A stretch of DNA of 64,000 nt. Source: an uncultured Chloroflexia bacterium. Lineage in GTDB: Bacteria > Chloroflexota > Limnocylindria > QHBO01. The stretch covers positions 1,684,459-1,748,458 of the forward strand of contig CAWAOJ010000002.1 in the NCBI GenBank assembly GCA_963783725.1, written 5' to 3'. The position numbers and the translations under genes are program-made. Positions 1 through 9,854 of the stretch are shown here, piece by piece. How positions within the stretch are numbered: the stretch's first letter is position 1; every line of letters begins with the position of its first letter. Under the pieces are notes generated by a model that was not told the DNA's origin, ran no database searches, and saw only the letters and a list, made by a program, of their open reading frames with translations.

Positions 1-1
1 G

Positions 2-652
2 CTCTTCGGGCAGACCGGCTTCATGGCCTACGCCCAGGAGGAGATCCTGTACCGGCCGGCGGAGGCTTTGCGCGGGCCGCGCTCGTGGGTGCGCCGGGTG
101 CTCTCGCGCGATCACGACAGGGAGTCGCAGCGCGAGGTCGTCGGGCCGGCGCTCAAGCCGGCCGGCGCGCCCGACGCCTGGCATCTGTTCGACCTGTGGA
201 CCCACACCACGCCACCGGCCATCGCTCGCATCGAGGCCTACGGGGCCGCGGACTGGGAATCGGTCGGCCACGAGGCGACGGTGCCGCGCAGCAGCCTGAA
301 TCCGCTGATGCACTTCAGCGACGTGGACGCCTGGCTGTACTCGATCGATGACCGGGCCGGCGGGTTCGCCCAGCACGGTGCCACGCGGACCGGACCGCAT
401 TACCTTCGCGTGCTCGCCCGCGACGGGACCGATGGGGCACAGTTCGTGCGAAGCGTGCTCGGCAGCATGGGCAGCGCGGCGCTGGGTGCAGGAGTCCTGG
501 CACCGGTGCGAACATATGAGTCGATGGGGATGCGCGCCATGACCGCGGCCGGCTTCGAGCCTGTGGGACGGGTCACAATGCTGGTCCGCGAGGTTCGCGC
601 CGCGATCCGCGAACCGGCGATGGCTGCACAGCATGCCGTGACCACGCAGTGA
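2..652 (+). CDS. hypothetical protein, 5'-truncated by window edge (possible GNAT-like C-terminal fold)
   Basis: The frame is open from the window edge through ATG 23 to TGA 650-652, with GC3-rich codons. The C-terminal part (YLRVLARDG...[14 protein letters not shown]) resembles the end of an acetyltransferase fold, but I cannot assign it. Confidence 0.4.
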   Translation, partial: LFGQTGFMAYAQEEILYRPAEALRGPRSWVRRVLSRDHDRESQREVVGPALKPAGAPDAWHLFDLWTHTTPPAIARIEAYGAADWESVGHEATVPRSSLNPLMHFSDVDAWLYSIDDRAGGFAQHGATRTGPHYLRVLARDGTDGAQFVRSVLGSMGSAALGAGVLAPVRTYESMGMRAMTAAGFEPVGRVTMLVREVRAAIREPAMAAQHAVTTQ

Positions 653-2454
653 CAGGACGAGACGTGACCCGCCGAGAGACCACCGACGACCTCGATGCGC
701 TGATGGAGGCGCTCCCACCGGAGATCTGCGAGCGCCTGCGCGCGCTCTCCGATCGGCAGGATCTGCTGGAGGTGGTGATGGACCTCGGCCGGCGTCCGGA
801 GGCGCGCTTCGGGAACGGCGAGGTCGAGCTGCTGGAGCGCGAGATCACCGAGGCCGACATCGCGCACGTGGTCGACCACATCGGCGTGTTCGGTGACGAC
901 AACCGGGCCGGGATCGAGCGCACGCTGCACCGCATCAGCGCCATCCGCAACCGCGCCGGCAAGGTGGTCGGGCTCACCTGCCGCATCGGTCGAGCCGTCT
1001 TCGGCACCATCGACATCATCCGCGACATCGTCGAGGCGGGACAGAGCCTGCTGATCCTGGGCCGTCCCGGCGTCGGCAAGACCACGCTGCTGCGCGAGGT
1101 GGCGCGCGTGCTGGCCGACGAGTTCGGCAAGCGCGTGATCGTGGTCGACACCAGCAACGAGATCGCCGGAGACGGCGACATCCCGCACCCCGGCATCGGC
1201 GACGCGCGCCGGATGCAGGTGCGCACCCCGACCGAGCAGCACGCGGTGATGATCGAGGCGGTCGAGAACCACATGCCCGAGGTCATCGTGATCGACGAGA
1301 TCGGCACCGAGCTCGAGGCGGCGGCCGCGCGCACCATCGCCGAGCGCGGCGTGCAGCTCGTCGGCACGGCGCACGGCAACACGCTCGACAACCTGATGCT
1401 CAACCCGACCCTTTCCGACCTCGTCGGAGGCATCCAGCCGGTCACCCTCGGCGACGAGGAGGCACGCCGGCGCGGAACGCAGAAGACGGTGCTCGAGCGC
1501 AAGGCGCCGCCGACCTTCGACGTCCTGGTCGAGATCGTCGAGCGCGATCACGTCATCGTGCACCGCAGCGTCGCCGAGACGGTGGACGCGATCCTGCGCG
1601 GGCACATGGTCCCGCCCGAGTCGCGCTCCCGCGACGAGAGCGGCGAGGTGCACGCCTTCACCAAGTACGACTATCGGATCAGCGAGACCGCGGCAGGCAC
1701 GCCGGCATTCGCGCCGGTCGAGCCGACCGGTGGCTTCGGGAGCTTCTCGCGCGGAGGCGGCGGTCGGTTCGTGGGCGCGCCGGGGGCCTCGGGCCTGCGG
1801 CCGCTGCCGAACGGCCGGACGGCAAGGGGCGACGGCCGCGGGCTCAGGACGATGCCCGGCGAGCGCATCGCCGGGAACGAGCTTGCCGCGCGGCTGGCCA
1901 CCACGAACCCGCATGGCGAGGCGGCCGTCGAGGAGGCGCTCGACCGGCCCATCGGCGCGGCGGGCACGCGGCACGCGCGCAACCAGCGGCCGATGAGCCT
2001 GTTCGCGTTCGGCGTCAGCCGCAAGCGGCTCGAGCAGGCGGTGCGCGAGCTGGGTCTGCCGGTGACCGTCGCCCGCGACCTCGACGAGGCCGACGCCGTG
2101 GTCACCCTGCGCAACTACTACAAGCGCAAGCCCGGAGCGCTGCGCGACGCCGAGTCGCACGGCGTTCCGATCTACGTCCTCAAGACGAACACCATGCTGC
2201 AGATGGAGAACATGCTCGCCAGCCTGTACGACCTGGAGGCCGATCCGCAGGAGGCCGCGCTGCGCGAGACGGCGGAGGCGATCGGCCTGGTCCAGGCGTC
2301 GGGGCGCGCCGTCGAGCTCGCGCCGCAGAACGCCTACGTGCGGCGCCTGCAGCACCAGCTGGCGGAGCGCAACAACCTGATGTCCCGCTCTCGCGGCTCC
2401 GAGCCGAATCGCCGCGTCGAGCTCGTGCCGGACGAGGGCCGCGCGTGGCGCTGA
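649..2454 (+). CDS. R3H domain-containing AAA ATPase (SpoIIIAA/Ycf45-like)
   Basis: P-loop GRPGVGKTT, Walker B VIVIDEIG, and a C-terminal R3H-like segment [18 protein letters not shown]. The GTG start overlaps the upstream stop (GTGA). Confidence 0.8.
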   Translation: MTGRDVTRRETTDDLDALMEALPPEICERLRALSDRQDLLEVVMDLGRRPEARFGNGEVELLEREITEADIAHVVDHIGVFGDDNRAGIERTLHRISAIRNRAGKVVGLTCRIGRAVFGTIDIIRDIVEAGQSLLILGRPGVGKTTLLREVARVLADEFGKRVIVVDTSNEIAGDGDIPHPGIGDARRMQVRTPTEQHAVMIEAVENHMPEVIVIDEIGTELEAAAARTIAERGVQLVGTAHGNTLDNLMLNPTLSDLVGGIQPVTLGDEEARRRGTQKTVLERKAPPTFDVLVEIVERDHVIVHRSVAETVDAILRGHMVPPESRSRDESGEVHAFTKYDYRISETAAGTPAFAPVEPTGGFGSFSRGGGGRFVGAPGASGLRPLPNGRTARGDGRGLRTMPGERIAGNELAARLATTNPHGEAAVEEALDRPIGAAGTRHARNQRPMSLFAFGVSRKRLEQAVRELGLPVTVARDLDEADAVVTLRNYYKRKPGALRDAESHGVPIYVLKTNTMLQMENMLASLYDLEADPQEAALRETAEAIGLVQASGRAVELAPQNAYVRRLQHQLAERNNLMSRSRGSEPNRRVELVPDEGRAWR

Positions 2455-3128
2455 CTCCGGATCGGTCGGGGGCGCGGCGCGGTCGCTTCATCACGCTGGA
2501 GGGGCCCGAGGGCAGCGGCAAGACGACCGCCGCTCGCCACCTCGTCGACTGGCTGGCAACACGCGGCCGGGATGCGCTGCTGACCCATGAGCCGGGCGGC
2601 ACGCCGCTTGGCGAGGAGATCCGGCGCATCGTGCTTCACATGCGCGGCATGAGCGACGACCTCGACCCGCGGGCCGACGCGCTGCTGTATGCCGCCGCCC
2701 GCGCGCAGCACGTCGCGCGCGTCATCCGGCCGGCGCTGGAGAGCGGCCGATGGGTGGTCTGCGCCCGCTTCGCCGACTCGTCGCTCGCCTACCAGGGCAC
2801 GGCCTACGGAAACGACATGGAGCAGCTGCGCAGCCTGCAGCAGTTCGCGACCTTCGGGCTGCAGCCGGACCTCACGCTGCTGCTCGACGTGCCGGTCGAG
2901 GTGGGGCTGCGCCGCAAGCGGCACGGCGCGTGGAACCGGTTCGAGAGCACGCAGGACGTCGCCTTCTTCGAGAAGGTGCGCGCCGGCTACCGCGCCATCG
3001 CGGCCGACGAGCCCGCGCGAGTCGCGCTCATCGACGGATCCGGATCGGTCGAGGAGTCGGACCGGCTGGTTCGCGACGCGGTCGCCCCGCTGCTGGCGAC
3101 CGTTGCGGCCGATCGGGCGTCGGTCTGA
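2445..3128 (+). CDS. tmk: thymidylate kinase
   Basis: [15 protein letters not shown]-loop, and the sequence is colinear with dTMP kinases ([27 protein letters not shown]). The GTG start lies just before the upstream stop. Confidence 0.9.
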   Translation: MALTPDRSGARRGRFITLEGPEGSGKTTAARHLVDWLATRGRDALLTHEPGGTPLGEEIRRIVLHMRGMSDDLDPRADALLYAAARAQHVARVIRPALESGRWVVCARFADSSLAYQGTAYGNDMEQLRSLQQFATFGLQPDLTLLLDVPVEVGLRRKRHGAWNRFESTQDVAFFEKVRAGYRAIAADEPARVALIDGSGSVEESDRLVRDAVAPLLATVAADRASV

Positions 3129-3147
3129 CGCGTCTCTCGACGCGCCT

Positions 3148-3711
3148 TCAGTCCAGGTTGACCCGCACCGGATCCGAGAACGGTGGCGCGTAGATCATCT
3201 GCAGGCCCACGGCCCGGTCCTGCGGGATCTCGAACGTCACCCACCCGGTGGCATCGGTCCCCGGAGCCAGTGAATCGGTCGGCTGCAGCGACGGGTCCTT
3301 GCCCGACTCGACGACGTCGTGCTGCTGGCGCTGCGTGTCCTCGACGCTGAACCAGAACGGATTGATCGCCGCGCCGTTGGGATCGATCCCCTCGATCGTG
3401 ACGTGCACCGCGACCAGCGTCTCGTTCGGCTGCGGCTTCACCAGGCCGTTGCCGTTCCAGGAGCTGACCTGGTCCACGGTCAGGTATTCGGTGCTGCCGA
3501 GCTGGATGCGATCGCCGATCGCGTGCGCTGCCGGCTGCTGAGAACCGGCGACGGGCGTGGCCGATGCGGGGCTCGGGACGGTGGCACCCGGCTTCGCGCT
3601 GCAGCCGGCGACGAGGAGGGCGAGCATGGGCAGGATGACGAGGGCGCGACGGTGGATGGTGGAACGGTGCATGGTGGAACGGTGCATGGTGGCTTCTCGT
3701 GCAACGCGCAT
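3148..3711 (-). CDS. lipoprotein, DUF4352-like extracellular domain
   Basis: Signal peptide with lipobox LLVAGC. The mature part (IGDRIQLGSTEYLTVDQV...ATGWVTFEIPQD) is DUF4352-like. The longest ORF (to 4023) runs across darA on the other strand, so I trimmed the start to ATG 3711 (alternatives 3687 and 3672). Confidence 0.6.
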   Translation of the reverse strand: MRVAREATMHRSTMHRSTIHRRALVILPMLALLVAGCSAKPGATVPSPASATPVAGSQQPAAHAIGDRIQLGSTEYLTVDQVSSWNGNGLVKPQPNETLVAVHVTIEGIDPNGAAINPFWFSVEDTQRQQHDVVESGKDPSLQPTDSLAPGTDATGWVTFEIPQDRAVGLQMIYAPPFSDPVRVNLD

Positions 3712-3790
3712 GCCGCGACCCGCTCGCGGCGCCGTTGAGGGCTCCGCTGCATGGCATAATCGGCTGGCCCACTCCCGCTGAGGTGCCCGC

Positions 3791-4120
3791 ATGAAGCTCG
3801 TCACCGCGATCGTGCACAACGAGGACGCCGCGAACCTCGTCGATGCGCTGCTGGAGAAGGAATACCGGGCAACGCGACTGCATTCGTCGGGTGGCTTCCT
3901 CAAGCAGGGCAACGCCACCATCCTCGTCGGCGTCGAGGACGACCAGGTTGACGGCGTGCTCGAGATCGTGAGCGCGAACTGCCACTCGCGACGCCAGTTC
4001 GTGAACCCCATGCCACCGATCATGGAGCCGGGCGAGTTCTACATGCCGTACCCGGTCGAGGTCGAGGTCGGCGGCGCCACCGTCTTCGTCGTTCCCGTCG
4101 AGCGCTTCGAGCGCCTCTAG
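3791..4120 (+). CDS. darA: PII-like cyclic-di-AMP receptor (YaaQ/DarA family)
   Basis: Near full-length colinearity with B. subtilis YaaQ/DarA (MKL..A.V...D...L...L......TKL.S.GGFLK.GN.T...GVED, PYPVEVEVGGATVFV.PV..F). It sits beside tmk, as it does in Firmicutes. Confidence 0.85.
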   Translation: MKLVTAIVHNEDAANLVDALLEKEYRATRLHSSGGFLKQGNATILVGVEDDQVDGVLEIVSANCHSRRQFVNPMPPIMEPGEFYMPYPVEVEVGGATVFVVPVERFERL

Positions 4121-4125
4121 GACCG

Positions 4126-4704
4126 ATGGGCGTCCCACCGGACGCCGCCTGGCTCGGCTCGCTCGAGGCCGACGCCCCCGATGTCGTGGCCTGCTGGCGC
4201 GCGGCCGACTCCCGTCAGCTGTATCGCGAGCTGCGCGCGCGGGCGCCGGCCGGCAGCGCAGGACGCGTGCTGGAGCAGCAGGAGGCGGTCGGCGAAGCGC
4301 TCCGCGACGCGCTCCTGGCAGTGCCGGATGCGGCTCTCGGCGCGCCTGGCGGGGAGGAGGACTGGAACGTGGCGCAGACATTCGCGCACGCCACCGCCGC
4401 ACGCCGCTTCCTGGCCACCTGGGCGGCGCTCGACGCGGGCGGCGCCTGGCCCGAGGAGCGCTCGCCGGTCGTGCGGCCGTCGATCCCGGGGCCGCCGGAC
4501 GCCACGCGCGAGCAGCTGCTGACGCTCCTCGAGAAGTCGCGCGGCGCGCTGCGCGAGGCGGCCGGGCGGATCCAGGACCACGAGCGGCAGCGCTGCGGCC
4601 TGCGGCACCCGCTGATCGGCCGCCTGCGCTGCGGAGAGTGGCTGCTCTTCGTGGGCGTGCACGACCTGATGCACCTCGAGCAGCTGCACCGCCTCCGTGG
4701 CTGA
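4126..4704 (+). CDS. DinB-family (DinB_2) metal-dependent four-helix protein
   Basis: N-terminal DinB-like helices with conserved His (AQTFAHATAA, VGVHDLMHLEQL). Confidence 0.6.
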   Translation: MGVPPDAAWLGSLEADAPDVVACWRAADSRQLYRELRARAPAGSAGRVLEQQEAVGEALRDALLAVPDAALGAPGGEEDWNVAQTFAHATAARRFLATWAALDAGGAWPEERSPVVRPSIPGPPDATREQLLTLLEKSRGALREAAGRIQDHERQRCGLRHPLIGRLRCGEWLLFVGVHDLMHLEQLHRLRG

Positions 4705-5809
4705 GCGGCCCGCGCCACTCGTCCTCGTCGCCGGCGGCACCGAAGAAACGGCGTTCGGCTCGTACGCTGCGGTGGCAGCCACCGGGAAGCAGCTGCTGGC
4801 CGGCGAGCTCTCTCGTCGTCTGGGCCGAGCCGGCGCGGCCGTCCTCCCGCTGCCGCCGGCCGACGAGCCGCGGTTCGAGTGGGGACGCTGGTTCGCCACC
4901 GCGGCGCGCGCCGCGCTGGCCGGCACCCCGCTCGACGCGGTCGGCTACGCGAGCGCCGGCTCGCTGGCCCTGCTGGGCGACGACGCCATCGATGATCTGC
5001 TCTCGCCGCTCGCCGGCGAGGTGGTGGCGAGCAACCGCTTCAGCGCGGACGCGTTCGTGGTGGCCGGCGACCTGGAGCGCGCCCTCTCCGCGCTCGAGGG
5101 ATGTGCGACCGACAACGCCGCCCCGCGCTGCCTGGAGGAGGCCGGCTTCCGTTCGCGCGACGTCGCGGAGGCCGCCTTCGCGCGCTTCGACGTCGATGCG
5201 CCGCTCGACCTGGCCCTGCTCAGGCTGGCGACCCGCCTGCCGTCCACCCGCCCCGTCGAGCCGGCCGTGGCGCGGTTCCTCGAGATGGCCCGACTGCCGG
5301 GCGGACGCGCGCTCGAGGTCCCGAACCTCGAAGGGATCGCCGGCGTGCTGCGCGACCGATCCGCCGAGCTCGTCGTGTGCGGGCGGGTGCCGGCGACGGC
5401 ATGGTCGCGGCTGGAGCGCGACACCGCCTGCCGGGTGCGACTGCTGGTCGAGGAGCGCGGCATGCGGTCCGCGCGCGCCTCGACGCCCCGCTCGCTGCTC
5501 GCCGCGCTGCTGCGCCGTTCGTCGCCGGCGGAGGTCGTGGACGAGCTCGCCACGCTCGGCGACGCGGTGATCCTGGACACGCGCGTCCTGATGGCGGCGC
5601 TGGCGGGCTCGGCGGACGCCTCGGCCTGGCCGCCGGCCGAGGAGCGGTTCGCGTCCGACTTCGGTGACGCGGAGCGGATCGCGACACCCTGGCTGCGGGA
5701 GCTGAGCGCGGCCGCATCCGCTTCGTCGACGCCGTTCCTGCTCGGCGGCCACACGCTCGTCAGCGACGGCCTGCGGCTGCTGGTCGAGGCCGCCTGGCTG
5801 GGCCGATGA
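4697..5809 (+). CDS. hypothetical protein
   Basis: 370-aa GC3-rich ORF whose GTG start overlaps the DinB-like stop by 8 nt. I recognised no motif. Confidence 0.55.
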   Translation: MAERPAPLVLVAGGTEETAFGSYAAVAATGKQLLAGELSRRLGRAGAAVLPLPPADEPRFEWGRWFATAARAALAGTPLDAVGYASAGSLALLGDDAIDDLLSPLAGEVVASNRFSADAFVVAGDLERALSALEGCATDNAAPRCLEEAGFRSRDVAEAAFARFDVDAPLDLALLRLATRLPSTRPVEPAVARFLEMARLPGGRALEVPNLEGIAGVLRDRSAELVVCGRVPATAWSRLERDTACRVRLLVEERGMRSARASTPRSLLAALLRRSSPAEVVDELATLGDAVILDTRVLMAALAGSADASAWPPAEERFASDFGDAERIATPWLRELSAAASASSTPFLLGGHTLVSDGLRLLVEAAWLGR

Positions 5810-5834
5810 GCCGCGGCCGGCCGCGGAGGCGGGC

Positions 5835-5843
5835 TGCTAGACT
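5835..5843 (+). promoter_or_regulatory. possible extended -10 element (TGCTAGACT) upstream of nuoA
   Basis: An AT-rich hexamer TAGACT preceded by TGn, 69 nt upstream of the nuoA ATG. I saw no convincing -35. Confidence 0.3.
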
Positions 5844-5911
5844 TGGGGTGCTCGATTGACACGAAAGAGACGCGAGGCCGTGCTCCGCATCGGTCTGGCG
5901 AGGAGTTCTGC

Positions 5912-6271
5912 ATGGACCAGACGAGCCTGATCTACGTCCTCGGGTTCGGGTTCGCGGCGACGACGTTCGTCTTCGGCACGATCCTGTTCTCCTGGCTCAT
6001 CACGCACCGCCGCCAGCGGCCCCAGAAGGGCCTGCCCTACGAGTCCGGGATCGACACCATCGGCGACACCTGGTCGCGCTTCGGGCTCTCCTTCTACCTC
6101 TACGCGCTGCTGTTCGTCGCCTTCGACGTGGAGATCATCTTCGTCTACCTGTGGGCGATCGTGGTGCGGGTGGTGGCGGGACCGGGGATCGTGATGATCG
6201 GCATCTTCCTTGCGATCCTCATGTGGGGCGAGCTGTACGCGTGGAAGAAGGGGGATCTGCGATGGCGCTAG
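5912..6271 (+). CDS. nuoA: NADH-quinone oxidoreductase subunit A
   Basis: ORF 5843-6271 trimmed to ATG 5912. Three TM segments with the ND3/NuoA motifs PYESGID and FDVEIIF. The stop overlaps the nuoB start. Confidence 0.9.
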   Translation: MDQTSLIYVLGFGFAATTFVFGTILFSWLITHRRQRPQKGLPYESGIDTIGDTWSRFGLSFYLYALLFVAFDVEIIFVYLWAIVVRVVAGPGIVMIGIFLAILMWGELYAWKKGDLRWR

Positions 6272-6927
6272 ACACACCCGACCGGACGCATCGCGACCCC
6301 GATTCGGTCGCTCCCGGCGCGGCGCCGCCGCGCATCGTCATTCCGGACGAGGCCGGCGACGACGAGCTCCTGCGCGAGTTCGACATGGAGGATCACCCGC
6401 GCGGCGGGTTCCACGGCCTGCTGGAGGTGATCCCCACCAAGGCCGACTACGTGCTGGACCTGATCCGGGCCAACTCGCTGTGGCCGCTGCTGTCCGGCCT
6501 GTCGTGCTGCGCCATCGAGATGATGAGCACCGCGACCAGCATGAACGACATCGACCGATTCGGGATGTTCCCCTTCCGCGCCAGCCCGCGCCAGGCGGAC
6601 GTGCTGATCGTGGCCGGCACGCTTACGACCAAGATGGCGGGGCCGCTGGTCCGGCTCTGGGAGCAGATGCCCGAGCCCAAGTGGTGCGTCGCCATGGGCA
6701 CCTGCACCACGTCCGGCGGCCGGTTCAAGCGAAGCTACAGCGTGGTGCAGGGCGTGGACCGCGTCATGCCGGTGGACGTCTACGTGCCCGGCTGCCCGCC
6801 GCGCCCGGAGGGCCTGATCTACGGGATGATGAAGCTGCAGGAGCTCGTCAAGCAGCGGCGCGGACAGTGGACCACGTACGTCGACCGCGGCCCGCAGCGC
6901 CAGGCGTGGGAAGGAGACGTTCGCTGA
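6262..6927 (+). CDS. nuoB: NADH-quinone oxidoreductase subunit B
   Basis: N2-cluster Cys motifs [15 protein letters not shown] and [11 protein letters not shown] 6262 overlaps the nuoA stop by 10 nt. Confidence 0.92.
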   Translation: MALDTPDRTHRDPDSVAPGAAPPRIVIPDEAGDDELLREFDMEDHPRGGFHGLLEVIPTKADYVLDLIRANSLWPLLSGLSCCAIEMMSTATSMNDIDRFGMFPFRASPRQADVLIVAGTLTTKMAGPLVRLWEQMPEPKWCVAMGTCTTSGGRFKRSYSVVQGVDRVMPVDVYVPGCPPRPEGLIYGMMKLQELVKQRRGQWTTYVDRGPQRQAWEGDVR

Positions 6928-7550
6928 CCGCGCCGTCCATTGCGGGCGCGCTGGTTCGCGCGCTGCTCGACCGGTTTCCGGATGTCGTGACCGAGCTGTG
7001 GACCGACGAGGACACGGTCGAGGTGCAGGTGCCCCGCGACCGCATCGTCGAGACGCTCCGCTCGCTGCGTGACGAGGAGGAGTTCGCCTTCTTCTTCCTG
7101 GCCGATGCCGCGGCAGTGGACTACGGTCCGCAGAACTGGTTCGAGGTCGTCTACCACCTCTACAGCGATCGGCATCCGGCGTGGCTGCGCGTCCGCGTCC
7201 GGGTCGACCGCGCCGATCCGCACGTGCCGACCATCACCGACCTGTGGGAAGGAGCGATGTTCCACGAGCGCGAGATGTACGACATGATGGGCATCACCTT
7301 CGACGGCAACCGCGACCTGCGGCGCATCTTCATGTCGCCCGACTACCGCAGCTTCCCGCAGCGCAAGGACTTCATCCTGCCCGATGACGCCGCCGACTCG
7401 CCGGCGGCGGGCGTGAATCCGCTCGAGCGGCCGGAGACGTGGGACCTCAGCCGCTTCACCGAGCTGCCGCCGGTGGATGCGACGCACCCGGCGACGCAGA
7501 GCGGGGCGGTCGGCGGCCAGACCCTCGCCGACAAGACGAGACCGCGATGA
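6906..7550 (+). CDS. nuoC: NADH-quinone oxidoreductase subunit C
   Basis: 30-kDa subunit motifs ([30 protein letters not shown]). There is no in-frame ATG. Candidate starts are GTG 6906 or CTG 6924 (GGAG plus 7 nt). The start is uncertain. Confidence 0.85.
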   Translation: MGRRRSLTAPSIAGALVRALLDRFPDVVTELWTDEDTVEVQVPRDRIVETLRSLRDEEEFAFFFLADAAAVDYGPQNWFEVVYHLYSDRHPAWLRVRVRVDRADPHVPTITDLWEGAMFHEREMYDMMGITFDGNRDLRRIFMSPDYRSFPQRKDFILPDDAADSPAAGVNPLERPETWDLSRFTELPPVDATHPATQSGAVGGQTLADKTRPR

Positions 7551-8830
7551 CCGCCGCCGATCCCGACGTCCGCATCCCGGACCCGATCGAGCTCGATCGA
7601 CAGGAGGAGGAGCGCCTGCGTCGCGTGGCCGGCCTCGGCACCCAACGGCCCGCGCGCCCGGAGTTCTCCGGCTTCGAGCAGATCGGCCTGCCGGATCGGC
7701 CGCCGCAGACCGAGCGCGAGCGCCGTCTCTTCTCGCTCGAGGAGGGCGAGATGCTCGTCAACATGGGGCCGCAGCACCCGTCGACGCACGGCGTGATGCG
7801 ACTCCTGGTCAAGGTGCGCGGCGAGCTGGTGACCGACGTGGACCTCGTCCTGGGGTACCTGCATCGCGGCATCGAGAAGATCTGCGAGAACGCGACCTAC
7901 ACCACGGTGCTGACCTACGTCGATCCGATGGACTACCTGTCGGCGATGCACAACGAGCACGCGCCGGCGATCGCCTTCGAGAAGCTGTATGACGTCCGCC
8001 CGCCGAAGCGCGCCGAGTACATCCGGGCGCTGGTGGTGGAGCTGAACCGCGTCTTCAGCCACGGCCTGATGATGGGATTCCTGGCGCTCGACATGGGCGG
8101 CATCACGCCCATCCTGTACGGCTTCATCAACCGCGACGAGACCGTGGAGCTGCTGTCGAGCATCTCCGGGCAGCGCATGCTGTTCAACTTCTTCCGCGTC
8201 GGCGGCGTGAACTGGGACGTGTCGGACGAGTTCATCAGCCGCCTCTCCGCCTGGCGCGCCAACGTGGGCCGCACCATCAGCGACAACGAGCAGCTCATCA
8301 CCCAGAACGAGATCTTCGTCGGGCGGACCAAGGGCCTGGGCGTGCTGAGCGCCAAGGAAGCGATCTCGCTCGGCGTGACCGGGCCGAACCTGCGGGCGTC
8401 GGGCGTTCCGTTCGACGTCCGCAAGGCGCACCCGTACTCGATCTACAACGAGCTCGAGTTCGACGTCATCACCCAGCAGGGCGGCGACAGCTACGCCCGC
8501 TATTTGCAGCGCGTGGACGAGATCAAGCAGAGCCTGCACCTGATCGACCAGATCGTCGATCGCATGCCGCACGGTCCGGTGCAGGCCCAGGTGCCCGGCA
8601 TCATCCGCCCGCGGCCGGGCCGCGCCTATGCGGCCATCGAGAGCCCGAGGGGGCTCTACAGCGTCTACGCCATCAGCGACGGGACGGCCACGCCGTATCG
8701 GTTCCGCATGCGCGACCCGAGCTTCATCACGCTGCAGGTCATGCCGAAGCTGCTGCCCGGGCACCTCATCGCCGACACCATGGCGATCATGGCCAGCCTC
8801 GATCCGGTGATGGGCGGAGTCGACAAGTAG
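7547..8830 (+). CDS. nuoD: NADH-quinone oxidoreductase subunit D
   Basis: 49-kDa subunit motifs (NMGPQHPSTHGVMRL, RMRDPSF). ATGA overlap with nuoC. Confidence 0.92.
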   Translation: MTAADPDVRIPDPIELDRQEEERLRRVAGLGTQRPARPEFSGFEQIGLPDRPPQTERERRLFSLEEGEMLVNMGPQHPSTHGVMRLLVKVRGELVTDVDLVLGYLHRGIEKICENATYTTVLTYVDPMDYLSAMHNEHAPAIAFEKLYDVRPPKRAEYIRALVVELNRVFSHGLMMGFLALDMGGITPILYGFINRDETVELLSSISGQRMLFNFFRVGGVNWDVSDEFISRLSAWRANVGRTISDNEQLITQNEIFVGRTKGLGVLSAKEAISLGVTGPNLRASGVPFDVRKAHPYSIYNELEFDVITQQGGDSYARYLQRVDEIKQSLHLIDQIVDRMPHGPVQAQVPGIIRPRPGRAYAAIESPRGLYSVYAISDGTATPYRFRMRDPSFITLQVMPKLLPGHLIADTMAIMASLDPVMGGVDK

Positions 8831-9841
8831 ATGGACCTCTCGCTGCTGCTCGGCGTCGGCCGCTTCGTGCTGGCCACCACGCTGCTGCTGCTCGTCACCG
8901 TCCCGACCGCGTTCATCATCATCTACCTCGAGCTGAAGGTGATCGCGCTGATGCAGCTGCGCATCGGTCCCAACCGGGTCGGGCCGGCGGGCATCTTCCA
9001 GAGTGCGATCCACGGCTTCAAGGTGCTCGCCAAGGAGGACTTCACCCCGGACAACGCCGACCGGCCGGTGTTCACCATGGCGCCCTGGATGGTCTTCATG
9101 GCCGCCGCCATGAGCATGCTGGTCATTCCCTTCGCGCCGGGGCTGGTGGCGGTCGACTCGCAGATCAGCGTGGTCTACTTCTTCGCCATCATCGGCCTGT
9201 CGGTGATCGGCCTGCTCGTCGCCGGCTGGGCGAGCTACAACAAGTACTCGCTGCTCGGGGGCCTGCGCAGCGCGGCGCAGATGGTGAGCTACGAGATCCC
9301 GCTCACCCTCTCCATCGTGGGCGTGGTCGTGCTCACCGGAACGCTCAGCTTCACCAACATCATCGCCTGGCAGGCGGCGCACGGCTGGACGATCCTGTGG
9401 CAGTGGATCGGTCTGCCGGTCTTCTTCATCGCCTCCACCGCCGAGATCAACCGCACCCCCTTCGACATGGTGGAGGCGGACAGCGAGATCGTGGCGGGCT
9501 TCGCCACCGAGTACTCAGGCATGCGCTTCGGGTTCTTCTTCTTCGCCGAGTACGTCAGCCTCTTCATCATGAGCTCGATCCTGGTCACCCTCTTCTTCGG
9601 CGGGTGGCTGGCCCCCTGGCCGTTCCCGGCGCAGCTCGACGGCTTCGTGGGGACCATCTACGGCCTCGTCTGGTTCCTGGCCAAGACCTACCTCTTCGTC
9701 TTCATCTCGATCTGGGCCCGCGCCACGCTGCCTCGCGTCCGCATCGACCAGCTGATGGGGATGGCCTGGAAGGTGCTGCTTCCGCTGGCCCTCGTCAACC
9801 TGTTCATCACGGCCATCGTGGTCGTCGTCTTCAAGCTGTAG
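8831..9841 (+). CDS. nuoH: NADH-quinone oxidoreductase subunit H
   Basis: ND1 family polytopic protein (RIGPNRVGP, PFDMVEADSEIVAGFATEYSGMRF). The ATG follows directly after the nuoD stop. Confidence 0.92.
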   Translation: MDLSLLLGVGRFVLATTLLLLVTVPTAFIIIYLELKVIALMQLRIGPNRVGPAGIFQSAIHGFKVLAKEDFTPDNADRPVFTMAPWMVFMAAAMSMLVIPFAPGLVAVDSQISVVYFFAIIGLSVIGLLVAGWASYNKYSLLGGLRSAAQMVSYEIPLTLSIVGVVVLTGTLSFTNIIAWQAAHGWTILWQWIGLPVFFIASTAEINRTPFDMVEADSEIVAGFATEYSGMRFGFFFFAEYVSLFIMSSILVTLFFGGWLAPWPFPAQLDGFVGTIYGLVWFLAKTYLFVFISIWARATLPRVRIDQLMGMAWKVLLPLALVNLFITAIVVVVFKL

Positions 9842-9854
9842 GAGTCTGACCGGC

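Noticed and set aside
3656-3692. A 15-bp tandem duplication (atggtggaacggtgc, about 2.5 copies) that encodes MHRST-MHRST at the extreme N-terminus of the DUF4352 lipoprotein.
   Set aside because: It lies in the n-region before the signal peptide, where start-codon choice is ambiguous anyway. It is most simply explained as replication slippage, and it gives no evidence of function or of a CRISPR or minisatellite array.
400-5752. Very long ORFs in the six-frame track that overlap recognisable genes on the opposite strand or in other frames. Examples are 400-2355(-), 2987-5752(-), 7343-9382(-), 11746-14505(-), 20515-22299(-), 24647-26680(-), 35511-37742(-) and 50287-53088(+).
   Set aside because: Their translations are Arg/Ala/Pro/Gly-rich and low in complexity, with no motifs. 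They shadow genes that have clear family signatures. Long open shadow frames like these are typical of very GC-rich DNA.
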